From Eubacteriales bacterium (lineage in GTDB: Bacteria; Bacillota; Clostridia; Oscillospirales; CAG-272): a stretch of 64,000 nt of DNA. Below, piece by piece: positions 11,810-20,080 of the stretch. The number at the start of each line of letters is the position of its first letter. Within the stretch, counting starts at the first letter, position 1. Under the pieces are notes generated by a model that searched no databases, was not told where the DNA came from, and saw only the letters and a list, made by a program, of their open reading frames with translations. Where the stretch lies: positions 14,960 through 78,959 of the forward strand of contig JAZSOK010000163.1 in assembly GCA_045536865.1 (NCBI GenBank), given 5' to 3'. The position numbers and the translations under genes are program-made.

Positions 11810-12550
11810 ATGAAACTATCTCTTTGTATTCCCATGTATAACGAGCAAAAAATTTTGCCCAGCACGTTAAAAACGGTTTCCGAGTATATGCATAGTACCT
11901 TCCATGATGATTTTGAGGTTATTTACGTCAATGACGGGTCAAGTGATAAAAGCGGCGACATTGTCAGACAATTTGCCGAAAAGGATTCTTCGGTGCGCTT
12001 GATTGAATATACGCCGAACAGAGGAAAAGGCTATGCCGTGCGGCAAGGCGTTTTGCAAAGCACGGGGGACATTGTCATTTTTACGGATTGCGATCTGGCT
12101 TATGGCATGGACGTCATTTTGAAAATGGCCAATTTGTTTGCAGCGCACGAAGAATATGCCCTAATCGTCGGCTCTCGCGTGTTACACCCCGAAGGATACG
12201 AGGGCTATACGGCAGTAAGAAAGCTTGCTTCACATGCGTATATCAAGGTCCTTTCCCTTGCAGGGGGTGTCAAATTAAGCGATTTTCAGTGCGGTTGCAA
12301 AGGGTTTAGAGGAAAAGAAGGGAAACAAATATTTACAAATTGCATAATTGATCGCTTTGCATTTGATTTGGAAGCATTGCAGTGGGCACAGGAATTCAAA
12401 ATGAACATCGGTGAGATGCCCGTAAAAGTGATCAATCACCGTGAAAGCAGTATTCATATGGTGCGTGACAGTATTCGCATGTTGAAGGACGTGCGCCGTA
12501 TGAAAAAGCATAAAAAAGCCGTATTAAAAGACATGAAAAACAAAAAGTAA
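11810..12550 (+). CDS. Family-2 glycosyltransferase (polyprenol/dolichol-phosphate glycosyltransferase-like)
   Basis: LSLCIPMYNEQKIL...VNDGSSDKS...TDCDLAY (DxD) is typical GT2. Confidence 0.85.
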   Translation: MKLSLCIPMYNEQKILPSTLKTVSEYMHSTFHDDFEVIYVNDGSSDKSGDIVRQFAEKDSSVRLIEYTPNRGKGYAVRQGVLQSTGDIVIFTDCDLAYGMDVILKMANLFAAHEEYALIVGSRVLHPEGYEGYTAVRKLASHAYIKVLSLAGGVKLSDFQCGCKGFRGKEGKQIFTNCIIDRFAFDLEALQWAQEFKMNIGEMPVKVINHRESSIHMVRDSIRMLKDVRRMKKHKKAVLKDMKNKK

Positions 12551-12562
12551 TAAAAAGAAAAA

Positions 12563-12595
12563 AGGAAGCGCTCACAAAGAACGCTTCCTCTTTTT
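12563..12595. terminator. Bidirectional intrinsic terminator
   Basis: aggaagcg-N11-cgcttcct flanked by an A-run and a T-run, between convergent genes. Confidence 0.65.
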
Positions 12596-12618
12596 ATATC
12601 AACTTATATCAACGCAGA

Positions 12619-13311
12619 TTAAAAATTTATCACAAAACCGATGATGATATCGGCAAGTGAAAGAATTTGGGGGAACAAGCGAATAAAGGCACTCCCGAAG
12701 ACGGGAAACAGTACCAATGCTAATACGAGGGGCAAAAAACTTTCCTTCTTTTGAGGATAACGCAGTTCGGCGCGATACGTCAATGACGCAGGAATATATA
12801 AAGGAATTGTCTTGAAATCAACCGCGCGCCGTTCTTTCAGTTCGTCCTTTAACGTTCGTCCTTTTGGGGGCATCGGGAGAGGTAAAGAAACCTCTTCTCC
12901 GTTTTTATTTTCGTAAAAGGAACGGTTTGTTGCCGTTAAGTAAGATTGACCTTTATAGTAAATAAGTTTTGATAAAGAAGAAGGACGGCGAAGATTGTAG
13001 AGAATTCTATATGACAGAGAAACGCCCAAATCCTCGGCGCTTTTTGCACTTTCCTCGTCGTGACAACCGTTTCGAAGAAGGGCGGAAACAAGGCGGGAAG
13101 AAAGTCTTCTTTGGAAAAAAAGAACAAAAGAAGCAATGATACAACCAAGCACGCACATCCAAACAATTTGTGCAACGAACGTGTTTTTGGCGCCTAATGA
13201 AAAATACGTGTATTTATTCAGATCAAGGCAAACGTAATTTTTATAAAGGTATTCGCCGATCTCCGACCAAAAACCGGGAGAGCCTCCTGTGGGCATAGTC
13301 ATGTCCTCCAA
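12619..13311 (-). CDS. Hypothetical membrane protein
   Basis: 230 aa with hydrophobic segments (IVWMCVLGCIIASFVLFF; LPLVLALVLFPVFGSAFI). No family recognised. Confidence 0.5.
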   Translation of the reverse strand: MEDMTMPTGGSPGFWSEIGEYLYKNYVCLDLNKYTYFSLGAKNTFVAQIVWMCVLGCIIASFVLFFQRRLSSRLVSALLRNGCHDEESAKSAEDLGVSLSYRILYNLRRPSSLSKLIYYKGQSYLTATNRSFYENKNGEEVSLPLPMPPKGRTLKDELKERRAVDFKTIPLYIPASLTYRAELRYPQKKESFLPLVLALVLFPVFGSAFIRLFPQILSLADIIIGFVINF

Positions 13312-13347
13312 AAAATAGGTGCAAAATGTAAATAAAAGGTTTCAAAA

Positions 13348-14247
13348 TTAAATTTGATCGATAAACGAATCGCCGCAAAGGCGTGTTAGCAAGGTTTCTA
13401 AGTCACTGTTATCTTCAAAATACAGGGTGATGCTCTTCTTTGCGCCTTTATTGGCAATGCGTACGCGCCTGCCGAGTTCCTTCATCACGCGTTTTTCCAG
13501 TTCTGCCACGTAATCAACGCGAACGGTTGTGCGATCTTCCTCGGTTGCTTCCGTTTCTTTGATCAGTGCGCGACGCAACAGTCTTTTGACCTCGGCCTCT
13601 GTTTCACGCACGGACCATTGTTGTTCCGCTACGCGCGTGCCAAGGGTGATGCGGTCGTCCTTTGAGGGCAAAGAAAGGAGCGCACGGGCGTGACCGGCGG
13701 ACAGTGTGCCTTGCTCTATTAAGAAGGAAAGTTCTTCGGGCAAGTCCAAAAGACGGATGGTATTGGCGATAGCACTGCGGCTTTTTCCGATTTTTGAGGA
13801 AATTTCCTCTTGCGTCATGTTGAATATTTCGGAAAGGTCACGGTACGCCTTCGCTTCTTCAAGAGGGTTTAAGTTTTCTCTTTGCAAATTTTCAACGAGA
13901 GCAATTTGCGCGGACTTCATTTCGTTTGCATCTGTGATGATGACGGGAATTTCCGTAAGTCCTGCCATTTTAGAGGCGCGCCAACGGCGTTCACCCGCAA
14001 TAATCTGATAACGGTCTTCGCTGATCGGTCGAACGATGATCGGTTGCAAAACGCCGTGTTCGCCAATAGATTCTGCGAGTTGCGCCAGGGCATCCGTATC
14101 GAAATTTTTACGGGGTTGTCCCGGTTTTGGATCAATCATGGATACGCGCAACACCTGTTTTTCGTTTTGTGCGCTTTCCTCGATGTCGTTATCAATAAAG
14201 ATAGAATCCAGTCCTTTTCCAAGTGCAGATAAGTTTCTCTTTGGCAT
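13348..14247 (-). CDS. parB: ParB/Spo0J chromosome partitioning protein
   Basis: ParB box motifs GVLQPIIVRP and IIAGERRWRAS, plus an HTH (MTQEEISSKIGKSRSAIANTIRLL). Start at ATG 14245-14247 after AAAGGAG. Confidence 0.92.
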   Translation of the reverse strand: MPKRNLSALGKGLDSIFIDNDIEESAQNEKQVLRVSMIDPKPGQPRKNFDTDALAQLAESIGEHGVLQPIIVRPISEDRYQIIAGERRWRASKMAGLTEIPVIITDANEMKSAQIALVENLQRENLNPLEEAKAYRDLSEIFNMTQEEISSKIGKSRSAIANTIRLLDLPEELSFLIEQGTLSAGHARALLSLPSKDDRITLGTRVAEQQWSVRETEAEVKRLLRRALIKETEATEEDRTTVRVDYVAELEKRVMKELGRRVRIANKGAKKSITLYFEDNSDLETLLTRLCGDSFIDQI

Positions 14248-14347
14248 GATGATTGCTCCTTTCGTAATTAACCGCAAAAGCAGTCAAAATATGTGTTTAT
14301 ACATAAAATGTTCATAAATTTAGAGAGATTTGTCCTGTTTTTTGCGA

Positions 14348-15109
14348 TTATATTCTTAAAAGCAGTTCTTTTGCAATCATAGAATACTGCAAGGCGCTCT
14401 TTCCCGAGGCGTCATAGTAGCAAATCGGCTCACCAAAGCCGGGCGCCTCCGACAACTTAACGCTTCGTGTAACGGGAATCTTAAAGAGTTTGTCCGCATA
14501 ATATTTTTTAAGTTCGGCCACGACCTGCGTCGTCAAAATCAATCTTCCGTTGTACATGGTCAAAAGAATGCCTGTCAATTGCAACTGGGGATTATAAAGT
14601 TTCCTGACCTTTTTGATGCTAATCATCAGTTGTGAAAGGCCTTCCAACGCATAATATTCGCACTGCATGGGGATAACCACGCCGTCGGCGGCAACCAAGG
14701 CGTTGACGGTAAGTAAGCCGAGCGTGGGGGGACAATCGACAATGATGTAGTCGTATTCCTCTTTGAGCGGCTTTAAGATGTTGAGGGCGCACGCCTCTCT
14801 ATGAGCCACGTCCTGCAATTCAAACTCGGCACCCGCCAAAGACATTGTTGACGGCAAAACCGAAAGGTTTTTGAATTTTGTCGTCAAAATGGCGTCGCGC
14901 ACGTCAATTGCGCCGATAAGCGCTTCGTAAACGGTGTTTTTCATCTGCTTTTTTTCAATGCCGACACCACTGGTGGCATTTCCTTGGGGGTCCATGTCCA
15001 CCAAAAGAACGCGCTTGCCTCTTTTGGCAATGCAAGCGGCAATGTTGACGGCAGACGTTGTTTTTCCGACACCACCTTTTTGGTTGGCGAACGCGACGAT
15101 AGATCCCAT
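14348..15109 (-). CDS. parA: ParA/Soj ATPase
   Basis: MGSIVAFANQKGGVGKTTSAVN (deviant Walker A) and VDMDPQGNATSG. The ORF-track N-terminal extension to 15253 would run across a parS site, so the start is set at ATG 15107-15109. Confidence 0.93.
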   Translation of the reverse strand: MGSIVAFANQKGGVGKTTSAVNIAACIAKRGKRVLLVDMDPQGNATSGVGIEKKQMKNTVYEALIGAIDVRDAILTTKFKNLSVLPSTMSLAGAEFELQDVAHREACALNILKPLKEEYDYIIVDCPPTLGLLTVNALVAADGVVIPMQCEYYALEGLSQLMISIKKVRKLYNPQLQLTGILLTMYNGRLILTTQVVAELKKYYADKLFKIPVTRSVKLSEAPGFGEPICYYDASGKSALQYSMIAKELLLRI

Positions 15110-15226
15110 AAATTGCAAACTCCTTGTTTTTGAGAAAATATATCGGTATTTGCATTCATTATAACATATATCGCAAGGTCTGTCAATCGCACAACGAAAT
15201 AAATTCTTAATTTTGTGTGTATAAAA

Positions 15227-15242
15227 TGTTTCACGTGAAACA
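15227..15242. promoter_or_regulatory. parS site TGTTTCACGTGAAACA
   Basis: Perfect 16-bp palindrome matching the Firmicute parS consensus. Confidence 0.85.
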
Positions 15243-15297
15243 AAACGAGCCATAAAAAGACGGCTTTATATAAAAAGATACGAATGCGCTAAACAAA

Positions 15298-15313
15298 TGT
15301 TTCACGTGAAACA
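15298..15313. promoter_or_regulatory. parS site TGTTTCACGTGAAACA (second copy)
   Basis: Identical 16-mer 71 bp from the first copy. Confidence 0.85.
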
Positions 15314-15447
15314 TTTTGGAGGCAACAAAGTGTACGGGCGGCAGACGAGGTCAAAAACATCCGTCCGACAAATAATCCAACCTGTCTTGACAAGGTGTGT
15401 GAAAAGAGTTATAATAAGGAAAACAAAGTTGAAAACGAGGTTTGCGT

Positions 15448-16116
15448 ATGGAATTCGAGTCTTCTGTCACAGAAAAGGAAACGCGCATTATTTTTGTAAG
15501 ACACGGAGAAAGCATTGGCAATAAAAACGTCGCTTTCCTCGGGCATACCGATTTGGATTTGACTGATTTGGGTTATATGCAGGCGACTTGCGCCTGCCGC
15601 TACATACAATCGCGCTACCGCGTGGATGCTATCTATGCAAGCGATTTGATGCGTGCCTTTCATACCGTCGAGCCGCTTGCTAAGGCGCTCGGCTTGCCGC
15701 TTATCAAAACCAAGGCCATGCGCGAAGTCTATGCAGGAAAATGGGAGAATTTGCTTTTTAGCGAGATAAAAGAACGCTATGCCGATGATTTTTTCCTGTG
15801 GGAACATCGATTTGGCGATGCAAGATGCACGGGCGGCGAATCCATTGCCGAATTGCGCGCACGTATTAGCGCCGCGGTAGAGGATTTAGCCAGGCAAAAC
15901 AGAGGCAAAACCATTTGTATAGGCACGCATGCGACGCCCATTCGCCTATTAAGAGGGGTTTGGGCAAATCTTCCCCTTGCGCGTGCGGGCGAGATCCCGT
16001 GGCCGTATAACGCCTCTACAACGGTTGCGTTATACAGAGAAAATGGCACGGTCGTTGAGGAAGAAATGACCGCTTCCTATTTGGGCGAGTTGGTGAACGG
16101 CCCACGGTTGGCATAA
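15448..16116 (+). CDS. Histidine phosphatase family protein (phosphoglycerate mutase-like)
   Basis: RIIFVRHGESIGN catalytic RHG motif and a later GTHATPIR (His) motif. Confidence 0.85.
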   Translation: MEFESSVTEKETRIIFVRHGESIGNKNVAFLGHTDLDLTDLGYMQATCACRYIQSRYRVDAIYASDLMRAFHTVEPLAKALGLPLIKTKAMREVYAGKWENLLFSEIKERYADDFFLWEHRFGDARCTGGESIAELRARISAAVEDLARQNRGKTICIGTHATPIRLLRGVWANLPLARAGEIPWPYNASTTVALYRENGTVVEEEMTASYLGELVNGPRLA

Positions 16117-16202
16117 AAACGCAAATTATAATGTTAAAACGCCTGCCTTTTGCAGGTTTTGCACCATTAAAATTAAAAAGTCGGACAGACGATAAAAAAC
16201 AA

Positions 16203-16250
16203 AAGGGCTTGCATTTGCACAATGGCAAACGCAAGCCCTTTTTCTTTGTT
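16203..16250. terminator. Bidirectional intrinsic terminator
   Basis: aagggcttgc...gcaagccctt 10-bp stem (extendable), followed by tttttctttgtttt and preceded by an A-run. Confidence 0.7.
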
Positions 16251-16441
16251 TTAATACTTTTGTGCAAAAGCAAGGCGCGACAACCTCCGTACGCCTGACT
16301 GTCGGAGAGCCTGTGTCCGCATATCCACCTCTATAACTTGCTCTAAAATATCGAGCGGCGCTTTTAACTGATGTTTCGCTCTTTGCGCGACCGGGAAATT
16401 TTCGATGTATTTTGCAAAAAAGTTAAATTATGAAGTCAAAA

Positions 16442-16717
16442 TCAAGACTTTTTGCTTTGTTTTTTTATTTCGCAATCGTAAATAATCACGCCGACGAAAG
16501 TTAACGCAGAGGCAATTCGTTGGCTTTCCATGTATTCTTTGTAGTAAATAAAGAAACGATGAGGGGGAATCACATCGTAGGACAAAAGGACGGCCAGTAA
16601 AATATTGAACAAAGTGTGAACAAGCAGACAAGTTAAAAACAGGCGGTACGCAGGGCGAGAAAGACGGGGCAATCGTCGCCGTATCCTGCCCAGTTTGTTT
16701 TTGAGTTCATAAAGCAT
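16442..16717 (-). CDS. Hypothetical small membrane protein
   Basis: 91 aa. Good RBS (AAAGGAGA 8 nt before the ATG). Basic N-terminus followed by the hydrophobic segment LFLTCLLVHTLFNILLAVLL. Confidence 0.5.
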   Translation of the reverse strand: MLYELKNKLGRIRRRLPRLSRPAYRLFLTCLLVHTLFNILLAVLLSYDVIPPHRFFIYYKEYMESQRIASALTFVGVIIYDCEIKKQSKKS

Positions 16718-16882
16718 GCGTGCGGTCTCCTTTTTGAAGTGTGATCATCGCGTTTTGTTGGAATTGTCAAAAATTCGACAAAGATATTAAAAAATCGACA
16801 CGCTAAAAAAGAAAAACTTACAAACAGATGAATAATATACAGAAAAAAGTTTTTTTAAAAATCAGAGGGTTCAAATACTGAC

Positions 16883-16929
16883 AAAAAAATCCAAAAACCC
16901 CAAAAAAGCCCCAAAAACACTGGAAAAAA
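16883..16929 (+). repeat. Five phased A-tracts (A5-7 starting at 16883, 16893, 16902, 16913, 16924)
   Basis: Spacings of 10, 9, 11 and 11 bp read directly. Embedded in a much longer A-rich non-coding region (about 16720-17190). Confidence 0.75.
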
Positions 16930-17186
16930 TTCGAGCAATGACGTTGGTGACAAAAACATTATATCAGACCTTATTTTGAAAAACAAGCGATACCTGAAAA
17001 AATATTTGTGAAAATTTTTGGAAAAATGCGAGATTTAAAAAAAGAAAAATCAGACCAAATAAATATTTATACTATCGTTTTTGGTAAAAAATACAAATGT
17101 TGAAAAGAAGTTAAACTTAAAATTTTAAAATTAAAAAATCTGCTATTTTTAGTGCCCAAAATGAAAAAACATCATTTTTGAAATTG

Positions 17187-17195
17187 TGCTATAAT
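17187..17195 (+). promoter_or_regulatory. Extended -10 element TGCTATAAT
   Basis: Read directly, about 130 nt upstream of the ATG at 17323. Confidence 0.4.
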
Positions 17196-17322
17196 AGTTG
17201 CGCCCTGAAAATTGGCGGAAAAGAGGATGGCCATCCCCCAAAAAAGCGTGCCGCCGAACCAAAGGGGCGAAAGAAACAATCAATATTAAACAACTTGTAT
17301 GTAACAAATAGGAGGAAAACTC

Positions 17323-17994
17323 ATGCTGTTAAAAAATGCAAAAGAAACAGAAAATCTATCATTAACAGAAAAGGAGGAAGTTTCTCAGAATACTTATGTA
17401 GCAAAGCAACCGACCTTTGATTCATTGCAAGAAAAAGATACCGTGCATATGGCAAAGGATATGTTACAAAGACTGCGTGAGGCGGAGGATCTATCGGATT
17501 TTTTCAGAAGATCGTTCGTTTGGAGACACGCAAGCAACAGTATTGCTTGCTTTGAGGTTTCGGCGCGTGCAGGCTATGCCGTGCAAAAGTTCCGTTCGAG
17601 TGAGGAAAGAGGAGAGATTGTCATCCCATCGCTCGAATATACGGGTGTACTTCGCGCAATAAAGCGTGGGATAGTGGTCAAATCTGCGGAGTGTTCGGTC
17701 GAAGAGTGTATGGACGAATGCGCGAATATGGTTCTTTGGAAAGAACGTTTTGTTTTAGAAAAGAACGCACAAACGCGTGAATACGTGTACTATACTATCC
17801 AAATACGCGAAAAAGAAGGCCCGTTTTCGATTTTGCGTTGCGTGGCCTCTGATAAAAAGACCGCCGAACTCGTTGCCATTGCTTTACAGGAGGCGGAGGC
17901 GACCTATATTGATGCAGACGCACTTTTCGAGGATTTGCGATTGCTTCTGGGAGAGGCTTGCTTTGCAGGCGAGGCCGAGTTGCGGCTTAGATAA
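17323..17994 (+). CDS. Hypothetical protein (223 aa)
   Basis: Strong RBS (AATAGGAGGAAAACTC-ATG). No recognisable domain. Confidence 0.55.
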   Translation: MLLKNAKETENLSLTEKEEVSQNTYVAKQPTFDSLQEKDTVHMAKDMLQRLREAEDLSDFFRRSFVWRHASNSIACFEVSARAGYAVQKFRSSEERGEIVIPSLEYTGVLRAIKRGIVVKSAECSVEECMDECANMVLWKERFVLEKNAQTREYVYYTIQIREKEGPFSILRCVASDKKTAELVAIALQEAEATYIDADALFEDLRLLLGEACFAGEAELRLR

Positions 17995-18347
17995 AAAGTG
18001 TGACAAAAAGTAAAAAAACGGAGTCGATGCGGTGGCGTGCCTTCTTTATGGAGGTTGCCCACTGTGGCGGCTTCGTTTTTTTGCGAAAAAAGCGGACGGT
18101 TTATTTCATTGCAGGGCAATTTTGCGACAAGAAATTGGCAAAAGTGTCAGAAAATGCGTTTCTCAAAGAAAAATTCACGAAAAGAACACGAAGTCGGCGG
18201 ATAAGAGCGCCATCGTTCACGGTATGTTCAAAAATAGGGTGTATAATTAAGGAAGCAGTTTTTCGCGTCACGGGGATAAAAGCCACCGAACGCGCGAGAA
18301 CGACCGGACAAGCATTGACTGTCCGACTTGGAAAGGATACGGTTTTT

Positions 18348-19307
18348 ATGATTGAATTGCAGCATGTGGTTAAGCGTTATGGAACACATTATGCGCTTGA
18401 CGATGTCAGTCTTTCCATCAAAGAAGGCGAAATTGTCGGCCTTCTCGGCCCGAACGGTGCCGGAAAGAGCACGGCGATGAATATTTTGACGGGGTATCTG
18501 TCTGCAACGGCAGGACAGGTCACGGTGGACGGATGCGACGTGACCGAAAAGCCCCTGTCGGCACGAAAGAAAATCGGGTACTTGCCTGAGCAACCGCCAC
18601 TTTATACCGAGATGACGGTGGAGGAATATTTGCGATTCGTCTATTCCTTGAAGGGATGCACGCTCAATCGCAAAAAGCACCTGGACGAGATCATGAAAAT
18701 GGTGCAAATCACCGACGTTCGTAACCGTCTGATCGCTCATTTATCGAAGGGATACCGTCAACGCGTCGGCATTGCGCAGGCGCTCATCGGCAATCCGCCG
18801 CTACTTATTTTTGATGAACCGACAGTCGGCTTGGACCCGAAGCAAGTGATTGAAATCCGCAGTCTTTTGCGTGCGCTCGGCCGCAAGCATACCGTTCTTT
18901 TGAGCACACATATTTTATCCGAGGTGCAGGCGGTCTGCCAACGCGTGGTCATTATCAACCGCGGTCGCATCATTGCAAACGAACGCACGGACGACATGGC
19001 GCGCACACTTGACGGCAACCGTCGCTACAAATTGGAAATTGTCGGTCCGCAACGCGAAATCCTTTCTCGCCTTCGCGCAAAGAACGGCGTGCGCCGTTTT
19101 GACGTGCTTGCGCAAAAGGACGGAGAGGCGGGCATTTATGAATTGGAAAGCGAAAAGGGCATCGATATTCGCAAGTCCGTCTTTTACACCTGCGCGGAGG
19201 CCAACTGGCCCATTTTGGAGATGACGCCCGTAGGCGAAGACTTGGAAAGCATTTTCGTTCGTCTTGTGGATAAAAGCGAGCATGCCGCAAAGGCAAAAAG
19301 AAATTAA
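18348..19307 (+). CDS. ABC transporter ATP-binding protein (GldA-like, ABC-2 subfamily)
   Basis: Walker A GPNGAGKST, signature LSKGYRQRVGIAQAL, Walker B LLIFDEPTVGLD. Start at ATG 18348 (MIELQHV...). Confidence 0.92.
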   Translation: MIELQHVVKRYGTHYALDDVSLSIKEGEIVGLLGPNGAGKSTAMNILTGYLSATAGQVTVDGCDVTEKPLSARKKIGYLPEQPPLYTEMTVEEYLRFVYSLKGCTLNRKKHLDEIMKMVQITDVRNRLIAHLSKGYRQRVGIAQALIGNPPLLIFDEPTVGLDPKQVIEIRSLLRALGRKHTVLLSTHILSEVQAVCQRVVIINRGRIIANERTDDMARTLDGNRRYKLEIVGPQREILSRLRAKNGVRRFDVLAQKDGEAGIYELESEKGIDIRKSVFYTCAEANWPILEMTPVGEDLESIFVRLVDKSEHAAKAKRN

Positions 19308-19364
19308 CATTTACACTATATTGAACGAAAGGATGCTCACCGCATGCGGTGAGCAAAAAATCCT

Positions 19365-20069
19365 ATGAAAGCCATTTATTTACGTGAAATGCGTGCATAT
19401 TTTACGACACCTGTCGGATACATCTTTTTGGTTGTCTATTTTTTGGTCAGTGGCGCGATTTTCAGTTATTCAACGCTCTACTCTATGTCCGCCGACCCCT
19501 CCACGTATTTTTTGCTCATTCTTGTGTTTGACGCGGTGGTTTTGCCGCTTTTGACGATGAAATCTTTCAGTGAGGAGCGCAAGCAGAGGACGGAGCAACT
19601 TTTACTGACGGCGCCCCTTTCCTTGACGAGCATGGTTTTGGCAAAGTTTTTTGCGGCGTATACCGTTTTTGCGGGAGCAACACTGGTTTCTTCGCTATCG
19701 TTTCTGATTTTATATCGGTATGCATTGGTCAAAACCGCCGTGATTTTCGGGAGCCTTCTCGCGCTCCTTTTGGTGGGCATGGCGTTCGTGTCAATCGGTC
19801 TTTTCATGTCCTCCATGACGGAAAACCAACTTGCCGCCGCGGTGTTGACGATTGCAACGCATCTTCTGTTTTTGGCCATAAGCCTTTTAAATCAGGTAAT
19901 TCCTTTCTATTGGATAAGGTTTGTTTTTAACGGCATTTCTATTTTCTCGCGCTTCCAAAACTTTACACAAGGCATTTTTGACATCGCGGCCTTGGTGTAT
20001 TATTTGTCTGTGTGCGCGGTGTTCCTCTTTTTGACGGTGCGCGTTTTCGCCAAACGGCGTTTTGATTGA
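19365..20069 (+). CDS. ABC-2 type permease (GldF-like)
   Basis: 234 aa, about six hydrophobic segments. N-terminus MKAIYLREMRAYFTTPVGYIFL is typical of this family. Confidence 0.85.
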   Translation: MKAIYLREMRAYFTTPVGYIFLVVYFLVSGAIFSYSTLYSMSADPSTYFLLILVFDAVVLPLLTMKSFSEERKQRTEQLLLTAPLSLTSMVLAKFFAAYTVFAGATLVSSLSFLILYRYALVKTAVIFGSLLALLLVGMAFVSIGLFMSSMTENQLAAAVLTIATHLLFLAISLLNQVIPFYWIRFVFNGISIFSRFQNFTQGIFDIAALVYYLSVCAVFLFLTVRVFAKRRFD

Positions 20070-20080
20070 GGAGCGTTGAC

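Noticed and set aside
15110-15253. N-terminal 48-residue extension of ParA given by the ORF track
   Set aside because: The extension would translate through a perfect parS palindrome (15227-15242). The canonical ParA N-terminus MGSIVAFANQKGGVGKT begins at ATG 15109.
16720-17320. A-rich 600-bp region considered as a CRISPR array, a coding region or an alternative oriC
   Set aside because: There is no repeat-spacer periodicity of 25-40 bp. Only tiny ORFs without RBSs are present. No DnaA-box 9-mer within one mismatch was seen. It is kept only as a curved-DNA or regulatory observation.
18000-18347. 116-residue N-terminal extension of the ABC ATPase, and likewise 25373-25468 for lipoprotein 1 and 30792-30821 for lipoprotein 3
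   Set aside because: The extensions have no ABC or signal-peptide character, and contain promoter-like TGTATAAT/TGGTATAAT elements. Internal ATGs with good RBSs give canonical N-termini.
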